Part shown: piece after piece, positions 18,195-27,595 of the stretch
Layout: each line of letters starts with the position of its first letter
How positions within the stretch are numbered: the stretch's first letter is position 1
NCBI GenBank assembly: GCA_043803105.1
Contig: JAZDKJ010000006.1
Coordinates: 320,001-384,000, forward strand
From: Candidatus Woesearchaeota archaeon
GTDB lineage: Archaea; Nanobdellota; Nanobdellia; Woesearchaeales; JAZDKJ01
DNA length: 64,000 bases
Direction of reading: 5' to 3'
Position numbers and translations under genes: made by a program
The notes under the pieces: generated by a model
Seen by the model: only the letters and a program-made list of their open reading frames with translations
What the model was told of the DNA's origin: nothing
The model's database searches: none

Positions 18195-18914
18195 ATGGCA
18201 GGCTTTAGTTTTGACAGGGAAAAGCTGCACCTAAACATTGCAAGGATTCACAAGGCTAACCAGACATTTGAGATAGCCGTTGACCCTGACCTGGCAATGG
18301 AGTTGCGCCAGGGCAAGAATGTTGACATTATTGATGTGCTCAAGAGCGAAAAAGTCTTTTCTGATGTAAGGAAAGGTCTTTTGGCCTCTGAGCATGTCAT
18401 GAAAAGCATTTTTGGCACTTCAGACCCTATGGAGGTTGCCAAGATAATAATTGCCGAAGGTGAGGTGCCGGTAAGTGCTGCCTATAAAGAACGGCAAAAA
18501 GAGGAGAAGATAAAACGGATTATTGACATCATTCACAGGAATGGTGTTGACCCAAAAACGCATCTGCCTCATCCCATCACAAGGATCGAGAATGCTATGG
18601 AAGAGGCAAAGGTTAAGATTGATGACCACAAGTCTGCAGAGGACCAGGTCATGGATATCTTAAAGGATCTAAGAGTCGTTTTGCCAATAAGGTTTGAGAT
18701 GAAGGAAATCGCAGTCAAGATCTCACCAGAGTATGCTGCAAAGTCATATTCTACGGTGAAGAGCTTTGGCACAATCCTTCGAGAGGACTGGCAATCAGAC
18801 GGTTCATGGTCAGTTGTAGTTGAGATCGCCGGTGGAATGGAAAGCGATTTCTATGACAAGATCAATGCGTTGACGCATGGAAATGTTGAAACAAAGGTGT
18901 TAAACACAAAATGA
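18195..18914 (+). CDS. Ribosome maturation factor SBDS/Sdo1
   Basis: FEIAVDP, FGTSD, VDPKTHLPHP.TRIENAM; superoperon position. Confidence 0.95.
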   Translation: MAGFSFDREKLHLNIARIHKANQTFEIAVDPDLAMELRQGKNVDIIDVLKSEKVFSDVRKGLLASEHVMKSIFGTSDPMEVAKIIIAEGEVPVSAAYKERQKEEKIKRIIDIIHRNGVDPKTHLPHPITRIENAMEEAKVKIDDHKSAEDQVMDILKDLRVVLPIRFEMKEIAVKISPEYAAKSYSTVKSFGTILREDWQSDGSWSVVVEIAGGMESDFYDKINALTHGNVETKVLNTK

Positions 18915-19648
18915 GCGAAATAAAAGTACAGGAAAAGGAAGTAGTGACTCCGGGAGAAGTCCTTGCAGAAGGCATTGATTTCATCCCAAGTCAAGGAACA
19001 TACAGGCAGGGCGACAATCTCATGGCTTGCCGCCTAGGATTAGTCAGCATTGAGGGAAAGGTCTTGAAGATAATTCCCTTGAGCGGAAAATACCTGCCTA
19101 AGAGAAACGATGTGATCATAGGAAAGATCGTCGAGATACTCATAAGCGGCTGGCGCATGGAGACAAATTGTGCCTATCCAGCAATGCTCTCAATGAAAGA
19201 GGCAACCTCTGAGTATATTGCTCGAGGTGCTGATCTCTCAAAGTTTTTTGACATCGATGATTACATTGTCACTAAGATTGTGAATGTCACAAGCCAGAAG
19301 CTTGTTGACGTTACGATGCGTGGCCCTGGCTTGAGGAAACTCGTTGGCGGGCGCGTAATAATGGTAAACACCAACAAGGTGCCTAGAATCATCGGAAAGC
19401 AGGGCACTATGATAAGCATGGTCAAGCAGACAACAAACTGCAGGATTATCGTAGGACAGAACGGCCTTATCTGGGTCTCTGGTGATGATCCGAAAAATGA
19501 GCTTATTGCTGTGCAGGTGATTAAGAAGATTGAGGAAGAATCCCATTTGACTGGTCTTACTGAGCGGATAAAACATCTGCTTGAGGAAAAGACTGGGAAC
19601 AAGGTTACAGAAACTAAAGGTGATCAGAATCAGCTACAAGAAACGTGA
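18911..19648 (+). CDS. rrp4: Exosome RNA-binding protein Rrp4
   Basis: VVTPGE, YLPK..DVIIG, KVPRIIGKQG, IIVGQNGLIW. Confidence 0.96.
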   Translation: MSEIKVQEKEVVTPGEVLAEGIDFIPSQGTYRQGDNLMACRLGLVSIEGKVLKIIPLSGKYLPKRNDVIIGKIVEILISGWRMETNCAYPAMLSMKEATSEYIARGADLSKFFDIDDYIVTKIVNVTSQKLVDVTMRGPGLRKLVGGRVIMVNTNKVPRIIGKQGTMISMVKQTTNCRIIVGQNGLIWVSGDDPKNELIAVQVIKKIEEESHLTGLTERIKHLLEEKTGNKVTETKGDQNQLQET

Positions 19649-20330
19649 TGATGGTAGAGAATTTGACGAAACCAGGCCAATTGAGGCAAAGGCAGGGGTT
19701 ATCCCGAGGGCTGACGGTTCTGCCTACTTCAAGATTGGTTCAACTGAGGCTTATGCAGCTGTCTATGGCCCAAGGAATCTTTATCCTAGGTTCCTTCAGG
19801 ACCCTTCAACAGGCATTCTGAGGTGTCATTACAACATGATGCCTTTCTCAGGCTCGGGTGAGCGGGTTCGGCCAGGAGGCAGCAGGAGGTCAAAGGAGAT
19901 TTCTTCAGTCACAGAAAAGGCGCTTTTGCCTGTCCTTGACTTGACAGAGTTCCCTAATGCTGTTGTTGACGTCTTCATTGAGTTCCCGCAGACAGATGCT
20001 GGCTCAAGGTGTGCTGGCATTTGTGCAGCATCCATTGCCCTTGCTGATGCAGGCCTCTCGATGAAGGATCTTGTGAGCGCAATCGCAGTGGGTAAGGTTG
20101 AGGACAAGATTGTTGTCGACTTAAACTATGCTGAGGAGTCTCACGAGGGTGATGTTGCTGATGTGCCTCTTGCAGTCGTGCCCAGCACTGGTGAGATAAC
20201 CCTGCTTCAGCTTGATGGTCTCATTGACAAGGATGATTTGATCAAGGCTGTCAAGATGGGGATGGAAACGTGCAAGAAGATCAATCAAAAACAGCGCTTG
20301 GCGCTTAAGGAGAAGTACAGGTTAAAATGA
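19620..20330 (+). CDS. rrp41: Exosome catalytic subunit Rrp41 (start codon uncertain)
   Basis: RDDGR...RP, RADGSAY, AVYGPR, SRRSKEIS, DAGSRCA. Confidence 0.95.
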   Translation: MIRISYKKRDDGREFDETRPIEAKAGVIPRADGSAYFKIGSTEAYAAVYGPRNLYPRFLQDPSTGILRCHYNMMPFSGSGERVRPGGSRRSKEISSVTEKALLPVLDLTEFPNAVVDVFIEFPQTDAGSRCAGICAASIALADAGLSMKDLVSAIAVGKVEDKIVVDLNYAEESHEGDVADVPLAVVPSTGEITLLQLDGLIDKDDLIKAVKMGMETCKKINQKQRLALKEKYRLK

Positions 20331-21109
20331 ACAAGGACATGAAACAACATATTGAAGAGACCCTTTTGAAGGGTATTCGATTCGACGGTAGGGCCCCAGA
20401 CCAATACCGCGATATTTCTGTTGAGCTGGGTGTAACAAAAAACGCAGAAGGCTCTGCCAGGGTCAGGATTGGTGAGACTGATGTGATTGTCGGAGTAAAG
20501 CTTTCAATCGAAAAGCCCTTCCCTGATACTCCCGAGGAAGGCACTATGGCTGTGAACGTTGAGCTTCTGCCTTTGTCAAATCCAAGCTTTGAATCTGGGC
20601 CTCCGGGTATCCAGGCGATAGAGCTTGCTAGGGTTGTTGACCGGGGTGTACGCGAATCCAAGACAATTGACACTAAGCAATTGTGTGTTGAGAAGGGAGT
20701 GAAGGCTTGGTCAATCCTTATTGACATCTGCCCGATCAATGACTCAGGAAATCTTTTTGATGCCTCAAGCCTTGGCACTATTGCTGCATTGTTTGACACA
20801 AGGTTTCCAAAGTTTGACGGTACCGAGATTGATTACAAGGAGCACACTGACAAGCCCCTTCCCATGAAGATAATGCCTCTGGCAGTGACTGTTTATAAGA
20901 TTGGCAAGAGTCTAGTGGTAGACCCCTCGACTGAAGAGGAGGAAGCTGCAGACTCTAGGATTACTGTTTGTGCTACTGATGAGGGTAAGATTTGTGCTTT
21001 GCAGAAGGGAGGCAACCAGCCTCTCAGTATTGATGAATTGTCCCAGATGGTTGACCTTGCGCTCTCAAAGGTTAAGGAGCTGCGAAAGAAGGCAGGGGTG
21101 AAAAAGTGA
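20327..21109 (+). CDS. rrp42: Exosome subunit Rrp42
   Basis: RFDGR, AEGSARV, PFPDTP, ELARVVDRG.RES, LQKGG. Confidence 0.96.
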   Translation: MNKDMKQHIEETLLKGIRFDGRAPDQYRDISVELGVTKNAEGSARVRIGETDVIVGVKLSIEKPFPDTPEEGTMAVNVELLPLSNPSFESGPPGIQAIELARVVDRGVRESKTIDTKQLCVEKGVKAWSILIDICPINDSGNLFDASSLGTIAALFDTRFPKFDGTEIDYKEHTDKPLPMKIMPLAVTVYKIGKSLVVDPSTEEEEAADSRITVCATDEGKICALQKGGNQPLSIDELSQMVDLALSKVKELRKKAGVKK

Positions 21110-21336
21110 CTGATGAAATAACTGACTATACAAAATATGAGATCGCAAGGATTTTGGGTTCAAGGGCTCTGCAGATCTCGATGGGAGCTCCGATCCTGAT
21201 TAAGCTTGAGGAGCAGGACCTTGAGAAAATAAGGTACAATCCGATTGAGATTGCAAAGCTTGAGTTCAGCAAGGGGGTCATTCCTATCACTGTAAGACGG
21301 CCTTTCCCGAAAGTAAAAGAGAATGTGCCTACTTAG
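21106..21336 (+). CDS. rpoK: RNA polymerase subunit K (Rpo6)
   Basis: YTKYEIARILGSRALQISMGAP...PITVRR. Confidence 0.95.
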   Translation: MTDEITDYTKYEIARILGSRALQISMGAPILIKLEEQDLEKIRYNPIEIAKLEFSKGVIPITVRRPFPKVKENVPT

Positions 21337-21457
21337 GGCAGATTCCCAAATTTATTGGTATTATCCCCTTGGCTATCAGGTACATCACAATCAAGCCTAC
21401 AAAGAACGCGATTACACCCATGAAAAACGGATGGTGTATAAACCCTTTTCTGTTCAT
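21329..21457 (-). CDS. 42-aa membrane microprotein with a class III signal-peptide-like N-terminus
   Basis: MNRKG-FIHHPFFMGVIAFFVGLIVMYLIAKGIIPINLGICPK; AGGTGA ribosome-binding site; not in the ORF track. Confidence 0.65.
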   Translation of the reverse strand: MNRKGFIHHPFFMGVIAFFVGLIVMYLIAKGIIPINLGICPK

Positions 21458-21572
21458 TTGTTATCACCTTTTTTTATTATAATGATTCTCCAAATATAGG
21501 ATTATTTAAACGTTTCTATTTGGCGGGTTCTTTGTCAAAAAGCTTTTTAAGAAACAAGGATTATCCGTTCAC

Positions 21573-21851
21573 ATGCTTGAAAAAAAACTGGAACCAGAAG
21601 ACAGTGCTCTTTTTAAAAAGGTCCAAGAAGCAAGTGACCTCATTTTGGGGCTGGCTCACCAGGGGTTTATAGATAATAGTAAGTTATGTAAAGTTTACGA
21701 ACTGTATCAGGACCTTAGAAAACATCGAACAGATTGTCCACACTACCCTGCAATTGAGGCAGCTGCTGATTCGCTTCATGGTCTTGCAGAGCATTTTTTG
21801 AAAAAAGACCTTAACCACCCTGACATTATTGCCTGCGAGGTTCTTAAATAA
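21573..21851 (+). CDS. Hypothetical protein
   Basis: 92-aa ORF after an AAAAGCTTTTTAAG promoter-like element. Confidence 0.55.
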   Translation: MLEKKLEPEDSALFKKVQEASDLILGLAHQGFIDNSKLCKVYELYQDLRKHRTDCPHYPAIEAAADSLHGLAEHFLKKDLNHPDIIACEVLK

Positions 21852-21869
21852 TTATTCAGTACCAGGTAA

Positions 21870-22130
21870 TCACTTGAGCGCAATCACCTGGAATCCATGC
21901 TTGTCAACATCCTTTTTGGTCCAGTACCTCATTTGCTTTGTCTTAAGAACATAGCTGACTTTCTTCTTTACCGTCCTGCCTGTATACTTCTTTTTCTTTG
22001 GGTCCCACTCCCTGAACACCATGATGTCTCCAGGCTTGCATTTAAAGTCATTCAGCCTCAAGTCAAATGTCTTTCTCTTTTCCTTTATTGCCTGAAAAGA
22101 TTCAGGCCAGCTTTTCTTTTCTATTATCAT
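21870..22130 (-). CDS. DUF3850/ASCH-like protein
   Basis: KSWPESFQAI...KTFDLR.NDF...GD...REW....YTGR. Confidence 0.85.
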   Translation of the reverse strand: MIIEKKSWPESFQAIKEKRKTFDLRLNDFKCKPGDIMVFREWDPKKKKYTGRTVKKKVSYVLKTKQMRYWTKKDVDKHGFQVIALK

Positions 22131-22894
22131 CCTATATAGCTCATGTCTTGCTTTTTCCCGCTTTTCTTGACAACATTTGATAGCTCTTCTGATCTCTTGA
22201 TTATGTCCTTTTCCACAGTCTCAATCTCTTTGTCAAGTTCCTCGAGCTTGAGTTTAAGCTTGAAGCGTGCCTTCAGTATCTTTAGTATTTCCCGTGCTCC
22301 CTTTACCCCGATGTACATCGGGTGCCCATAGGTTTCTGCAAGCATCGCAATACCTGAGATTTTTTTCTTGGGTGCCAGGCCTATGAGTAGTCCGGTTACT
22401 CCCATAATTGGACCAACCACGCCATAAAGATTGTTGTCCATTCCTGTGCCGTATTTCTTTATCACGTCCCTGCTGGTCGCTGTGCAATATACCTTTGGCT
22501 TCTTCGGGATATCTCCTAATCCGATACCTCCCAGGGTTATCAATTCTTTTCCGCCGAGCTCCTTGAAAAGGTCAAGTATCATTTCGCAGAACTCGTAGCA
22601 GCTCTCTTCGTCTATTGGCTGTATGTCTCCCACAAGGAACAGTAGGTCCTGGCTGTTGTGCTTCTTGTAATGCAATTCTATGCTTGGCAATTCTACCAGG
22701 TTCTTCTCATTTACAAAAACAGAGTGCGGAAATCTGTGTGAGCTGAATGAAAAAAGCCTTGTGGTTCCTAGCTTGTCCACAATAAAATCAACAGCCACCT
22801 TGCCAACATTTGCAATCCCTGGAAGGCCCTCAATCAGTATAGGATTCTTTAGCTTTGGTGTTTTTGTGATATTTTTGACTTTCCATAGTGCCAT
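22127..22894 (-). CDS. PAC2-family proteasome assembly chaperone homologue
   Basis: LIEGLPGIANVGK, GDIQP, ITLGG, GPIMGVTGLL, AETYG. Confidence 0.92.
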   Translation of the reverse strand: MALWKVKNITKTPKLKNPILIEGLPGIANVGKVAVDFIVDKLGTTRLFSFSSHRFPHSVFVNEKNLVELPSIELHYKKHNSQDLLFLVGDIQPIDEESCYEFCEMILDLFKELGGKELITLGGIGLGDIPKKPKVYCTATSRDVIKKYGTGMDNNLYGVVGPIMGVTGLLIGLAPKKKISGIAMLAETYGHPMYIGVKGAREILKILKARFKLKLKLEELDKEIETVEKDIIKRSEELSNVVKKSGKKQDMSYIG

Positions 22895-22989
22895 GTTTAC
22901 TTGTTTTGGACAGCCCTATAAAAATATTTCTAAGAATGAAACTTGCGTAAAACCTTAACTTTGGATCTAACTCCAATAAGTATTTAAAC

Positions 22990-25044
22990 GTGCTCAGGGA
23001 ACTTGCCAATATGGAATCTAGGCAGGTGATGGCTGCTGTTGTCCTTGGGTTCTCTTCGCTTGTGGCCCAGCTGCTTCTGACCAGAGAATTCATTTCAGTG
23101 TTTTCAGGAAATGAGCTGGTCATAGGCGTCCTTTTTGCCAACTGGCTTCTCTTGACTGGCTTAGGCGCATTGCTTGGCAACTACTTTCACTTAAGAAAGG
23201 AGTCTGTTCTTGCTTTCTTGTTATTGGTGTTTGGGTTTCTGCCCTTCCTCCTGCTATTGGCATTAAGGCGGATTTCTACAGGTTATGGTGTTATGGTTAG
23301 CCTGCAGCATGTTTGGCTTTTCTCTTTTGTTATTCTGCTCCCTTTCTGTCTCTTGAGCGGCTTTATCTTCACCTTTCTTGCAGGCCTGCTCAAACGGGCT
23401 GGCAAAGTATATTCACTAGAAAGCCTCGGCTCTGTGTTCGGTGGCGTCTTGTTCGGTTTCTTCTTGATTTTTTATGCTTCACCCTTCCAGACTGCGCTCT
23501 TGATACTTGTGCTCAACCTCATTGTTGTGCTCTGGCATTCAAAACGCCCGGTTTTGTGGGTTTCGGTTCTTATCATTCCTGTCCTTGCAGGCCTGCTTGT
23601 TGATTTTGATCTCTTGAGCCTGTCCTGGCAGTTTCCTGGAGAACAAATCCTTTCCCATGAGAACTCGCTTTACGGTCAGGTCGTCCTGACCAATAGTTCT
23701 GGCCAGCTTAATCTTTACTTTGACAGGATTCCGATCCAAAGCTCGAACAGCACGATAGTTAGCGAGGAGTCTGTGCATTATGCCCTTTCTCAGGTTGCTA
23801 ATCCTCAAAAAGTTCTCGTTGTCTCTGGTGGCATGGGTGTTGTCCTTGAGGCGTTGAAATATCCCAATTCTTCCATAACCTATCTTGAGCTCGATCCTTC
23901 AATAATACGGTTGGCCTTTCCTGGTTTTGCAGATGAAAGGGTCAGCCTGATTGCCGCTGACGCAAGGTCATTTATTTCTGGCTCTGAGCAACGCTTTGAT
24001 GCCATCCTGATTAGCCTGCCAGACCCACTCAACGGGGAGATAAACCGCTATTATACCAGGGAGTTTTTCACAATTGCAAAGAAGCACTTAGCTCCGCAAG
24101 GGGTGCTTTCTTTGAGCCTTACTGGCTCAGCAGATTATATGAGCGAACAGACAAGACAACTTGCCTCTTCCGTACAGAAGACGCTGCACTCTGCCTTTAA
24201 CAACATTCTTGTTTTTCCTGGTGAAAGGCTATTTTTTGTTGCTTCTGATTCGAACATTTCATACGCCAGAGCCTATTCTCTCTCAAGCAGGGGAATACAG
24301 GCCAACTATGTTAACCAGCATTACCTCGACGCCAATCTTGCAGAGGACCGCTTGGCTTATGTGCAGTCTGCTGTCAATGAAAGCGCCTCTGTCAACACTG
24401 ACTTTAGGCCTGTATCATACTATTATGCCTTGCAGTCATGGATGAACCAATTTCCCATCAACCTGCCGCTTGTGCTTTTCATTCTCCTGTGCGCCTTGAT
24501 TGCATACTGTCTCTTTCTTGAGCCGCTGCAGTTTTCGATTTTTACCACAGGCCTGTCTTCCTCTGCACTCCAGCTTGTGTTACTCTTGTCCTTCCAGTCT
24601 TTATACGGCTATGCCTACTTTGAGATTGTTGTGCTTTCAACCAGTTTTATTCTCGGGCTTGCCTTTGGTTCTTTCTTGACTTCAAGGCTTGTGCTTCACT
24701 TCTCGAGAAGGCAGATATTGCTTACTGAACTGGTGATCATAGTTCTAGTCTTGCTGCTTCCCTTAACCCTGATGTTCTTGCGACTCCCAACACTTGATCT
24801 CATTATTTTTCCAACATTCTCCTTTGCCTTGGCTGTCTGTTGCGGCTCACAGTTTGTCATTGCTTCAAGGGAAGATTCTGCAATGCGCTCTGCAAGCAAA
24901 CTCTACAGCTCAGACCTTATAGGTGCAGCGTTCGGCGCAATTGCTGCCAGTGTTCTCTTAGTCCCATTGATAGGCCTTCTTTACACCTGTCTTGTACTTG
25001 CTTTGCTTAAGCTGTCAAGCTACCTTTTGATGAGGGCTTCTTAA
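22990..25044 (+). CDS. Multi-pass membrane protein with a central spermidine-synthase-like SAM-binding domain
   Basis: N- and C-terminal TM bundles (VYSLESLGS..G, LYSSDLIGA); SLYGQV, EESVH, KVLVVSGG, ELDP, DAR, FDAILISLPDP. Confidence 0.85.
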   Translation: MLRELANMESRQVMAAVVLGFSSLVAQLLLTREFISVFSGNELVIGVLFANWLLLTGLGALLGNYFHLRKESVLAFLLLVFGFLPFLLLLALRRISTGYGVMVSLQHVWLFSFVILLPFCLLSGFIFTFLAGLLKRAGKVYSLESLGSVFGGVLFGFFLIFYASPFQTALLILVLNLIVVLWHSKRPVLWVSVLIIPVLAGLLVDFDLLSLSWQFPGEQILSHENSLYGQVVLTNSSGQLNLYFDRIPIQSSNSTIVSEESVHYALSQVANPQKVLVVSGGMGVVLEALKYPNSSITYLELDPSIIRLAFPGFADERVSLIAADARSFISGSEQRFDAILISLPDPLNGEINRYYTREFFTIAKKHLAPQGVLSLSLTGSADYMSEQTRQLASSVQKTLHSAFNNILVFPGERLFFVASDSNISYARAYSLSSRGIQANYVNQHYLDANLAEDRLAYVQSAVNESASVNTDFRPVSYYYALQSWMNQFPINLPLVLFILLCALIAYCLFLEPLQFSIFTTGLSSSALQLVLLLSFQSLYGYAYFEIVVLSTSFILGLAFGSFLTSRLVLHFSRRQILLTELVIIVLVLLLPLTLMFLRLPTLDLIIFPTFSFALAVCCGSQFVIASREDSAMRSASKLYSSDLIGAAFGAIAASVLLVPLIGLLYTCLVLALLKLSSYLLMRAS

Positions 25045-25081
25045 CGCAAGTTTTTTATCTTGTATATGAACAATATGCGGT

Positions 25082-25777
25082 ATGTCTTATGAAGTGTTGT
25101 GTAATACTGGCGACTTTGTCCGGCTGAAGAACAAGATGGATGGAGACCTCACCCCTGAAGGGTTGAGGATTGCGTCTTCAGAGGTGTACATCATCAACAG
25201 ACATATCATGATTGATTCCGGTTCCAGAATGTATGCTGTGGTTCTCCTGGACACCCTAAACGCGCTAAGAATTTGGATTACGCACATCATCCCGACACAC
25301 TTGCATGCAGATCATCTTGGCTGGCCTGCCTATTTTCCTGAAGCAACAACCTGTATTAAGGGTGAATACATGGATATGCTAGAGAAAAACCCACTCGCAG
25401 TTCTTGATTACACTACAGGAAAAAACAAGATGACTGTTTCCGAAGATGCGTTAAAGCTCGCCAGCAATTTGCAGAAGTTCAGGAAGAAGCCTCTCGAAGA
25501 ATGCGTTTTGTGCGAAGAGGTTGATCCTGATAATTTTGGTTCTGTTATAGACGATAGGTTGCGTTACACTGTTGTCACTGGTCACGCCAGGTTTGATCTA
25601 GTGTTTTCCTACCGCAACTATATCATTCTGGGAGATTGTCTTGACATTTTTCTTCCTGAAAAACAGGCTTCGCTTCCAAGCGGCAAAGCCCTGTATAAGA
25701 AATTGAGGCGCAGGCAAAATAACCTGCAATTCTTCAGGGGTCATGAACCTTGGAGCAAGATTAGAAGCAAACTTTAA
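25082..25777 (+). CDS. Metallo-beta-lactamase-fold hydrolase
   Basis: IDSG, THLHADH, GH, GD, GH motifs. Confidence 0.85.
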   Translation: MSYEVLCNTGDFVRLKNKMDGDLTPEGLRIASSEVYIINRHIMIDSGSRMYAVVLLDTLNALRIWITHIIPTHLHADHLGWPAYFPEATTCIKGEYMDMLEKNPLAVLDYTTGKNKMTVSEDALKLASNLQKFRKKPLEECVLCEEVDPDNFGSVIDDRLRYTVVTGHARFDLVFSYRNYIILGDCLDIFLPEKQASLPSGKALYKKLRRRQNNLQFFRGHEPWSKIRSKL

Positions 25778-25782
25778 ATAAA

Positions 25783-26982
25783 ATGATTTTTTCTGTTGAT
25801 AGTATGAAAAAATCTTCCTTCTGGACAAAACCAATATCAAGGAAGGAATTTATCAAGAAAGGCGTGCTTGCTGCAGCAGGCCTAGGCATTAGCGGATATC
25901 TTCTTAAGGAGTATCTTGACAGCAGCCAATCTCTAGGCCTTGGTGACGCACCCGCTCCTAAATTGTGGAAATGGTCCAAAGAAGCATATCACTATGAACA
26001 GCTTGGTTTGAATGTGCAATGCCATGTTTGCCCTAACCAGTGCATGCTGGAAGAAAACGCACGAAGCATTTGCCGTAACAAGACAAACATCAAAGGCAAG
26101 ATGTACACTCTTGCCTACGGCAATCCTTGTGCTGTGCATCTTGACCCTATAGAGAAAAAGCCCTTGTTCCATTTTCTTCCAGGCTCTAAGGCTTTCTCCA
26201 TTGCGACTGCAGGCTGCAATTTCCGTTGCTTAAACTGCCAGAATTGGGAGATAAGCCAACAGTACCCTGAAAATACCTCAAACGAGGAGCTCTTTCCAGA
26301 TTCTGTAGTGCAAAACGCAAAGTCAACGGGTTCTCGCTCCATCGCCTACACATATTCTGAACCTATCGCCTATTATGAGTATATGTATGATACAGCCAAG
26401 CTTGCGAGGCAATCAGGCATTAAGAATTTATGGATAACCAACGGGCACATCAGGGAAGATGCTCTAAAGGACCTTGCCCAGTTTATCGACGCTGCAAACG
26501 TTAACCTCAAGAGCTTTAAGGAAAGCATTTATGGCACTCTCAACTCCGGAAGGCTTCAGCCTGTGCTTGATACCCTAAAGACCTTAAAATCAATGGGTGT
26601 CTGGTTTGAGGTGACAAACCTTGTTGTTCCCGGGTGGACAGACGACCTCGATATGATTAAGGAGATGTCTCAGTGGCTCTACAAAAACCTTGGACCTGAT
26701 TACCCACTGCATTTCTCTAGGTTTTATCCCTTGTACAAATTGGCAAACCTTGCCCAGACTCCACTCTCAACCCTGGAGAAGGCAAAAAAGATTGCTGTTG
26801 GCGAAGGATTGCACTTTGTCTATATCGGCAACACGCCTGAAATAGATGGAGAGAATACCTTGTGCTTCAAGTGCGGCAAGCTGCTTGTTGAGCGCAAGGG
26901 TTTTTCAGTGCTTCAGAATAACATAAAGGATAGTTCATGCAAGTTCTGTGGTCAGGGCATTGCCGGTGTATGGCAGGCTTAA
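25783..26982 (+). CDS. amrS: AmmeMemoRadiSam radical SAM enzyme with a Tat-like leader
   Basis: SRKEFIK plus hydrophobic stretch; CHVCPNQC, DPIEKKPLFHF.PG, GCNFRCLNCQNWEISQ, AYTYSEP, LHFSRFYP. Confidence 0.93.
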   Translation: MIFSVDSMKKSSFWTKPISRKEFIKKGVLAAAGLGISGYLLKEYLDSSQSLGLGDAPAPKLWKWSKEAYHYEQLGLNVQCHVCPNQCMLEENARSICRNKTNIKGKMYTLAYGNPCAVHLDPIEKKPLFHFLPGSKAFSIATAGCNFRCLNCQNWEISQQYPENTSNEELFPDSVVQNAKSTGSRSIAYTYSEPIAYYEYMYDTAKLARQSGIKNLWITNGHIREDALKDLAQFIDAANVNLKSFKESIYGTLNSGRLQPVLDTLKTLKSMGVWFEVTNLVVPGWTDDLDMIKEMSQWLYKNLGPDYPLHFSRFYPLYKLANLAQTPLSTLEKAKKIAVGEGLHFVYIGNTPEIDGENTLCFKCGKLLVERKGFSVLQNNIKDSSCKFCGQGIAGVWQA

Positions 26983-27542
26983 TGGTATCTTGTCTCAAAG
27001 GGCAATTCTGATTTTGTTTTCTGCCTTATCTCAAATTCTGTTAAGAACGGATACATTATGTGGAGTACCTCGTGTTTCTTTACCTCTTCAAAGTCCAGCC
27101 CGAAAAGGTGGTCTGCAATCTTAATTACTCCTGCGCCAGGATACGCTACCCCTAAGACTCCATGACCAAGCTGAGCCTGAGACACTTTCATTATTGTTAT
27201 GCCTGCAGGTGTGTATACAAAGAAATATTCTTGTGGCTTTTGGATGGCAGAAATGTTGTAATAGTACTGCGGCATCCTTGGTAGCACTTTCTTGTAGTCT
27301 GGCTGCCTTCTCTGCTTCTGAGCGCTTTCCATGCTATCGATTATCTCTTGTCCTGTTACCGCTCTTCCCCCAATCATGCTTTTTGGCTTTTGCAAGCTTT
27401 CTATGCTATTGATTATCTCTTTTTTTATTTTTTCTGGGTCCTCTTCGCGCTCACCAAACATGCTGTTTGTGAATTGTTGTTGAATATATTCAAATAATAG
27501 CTCGTCCACTTTAGGTCCAGAGGTTGAGTTGACAAATTCCAT
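26979..27542 (-). CDS. Hypothetical protein with C-terminal HExxH (possible zincin-like domain)
   Basis: GVLGVAY...I.I....EEVKKHEVLH. Confidence 0.65.
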   Translation of the reverse strand: MEFVNSTSGPKVDELLFEYIQQQFTNSMFGEREEDPEKIKKEIINSIESLQKPKSMIGGRAVTGQEIIDSMESAQKQRRQPDYKKVLPRMPQYYYNISAIQKPQEYFFVYTPAGITIMKVSQAQLGHGVLGVAYPGAGVIKIADHLFGLDFEEVKKHEVLHIMYPFLTEFEIRQKTKSELPFETRYH

Positions 27543-27595
27543 TGTTGTTTAAAAAATGAAAAAGTATAAATACCTTCTGAATAGGTTAATTCCAG

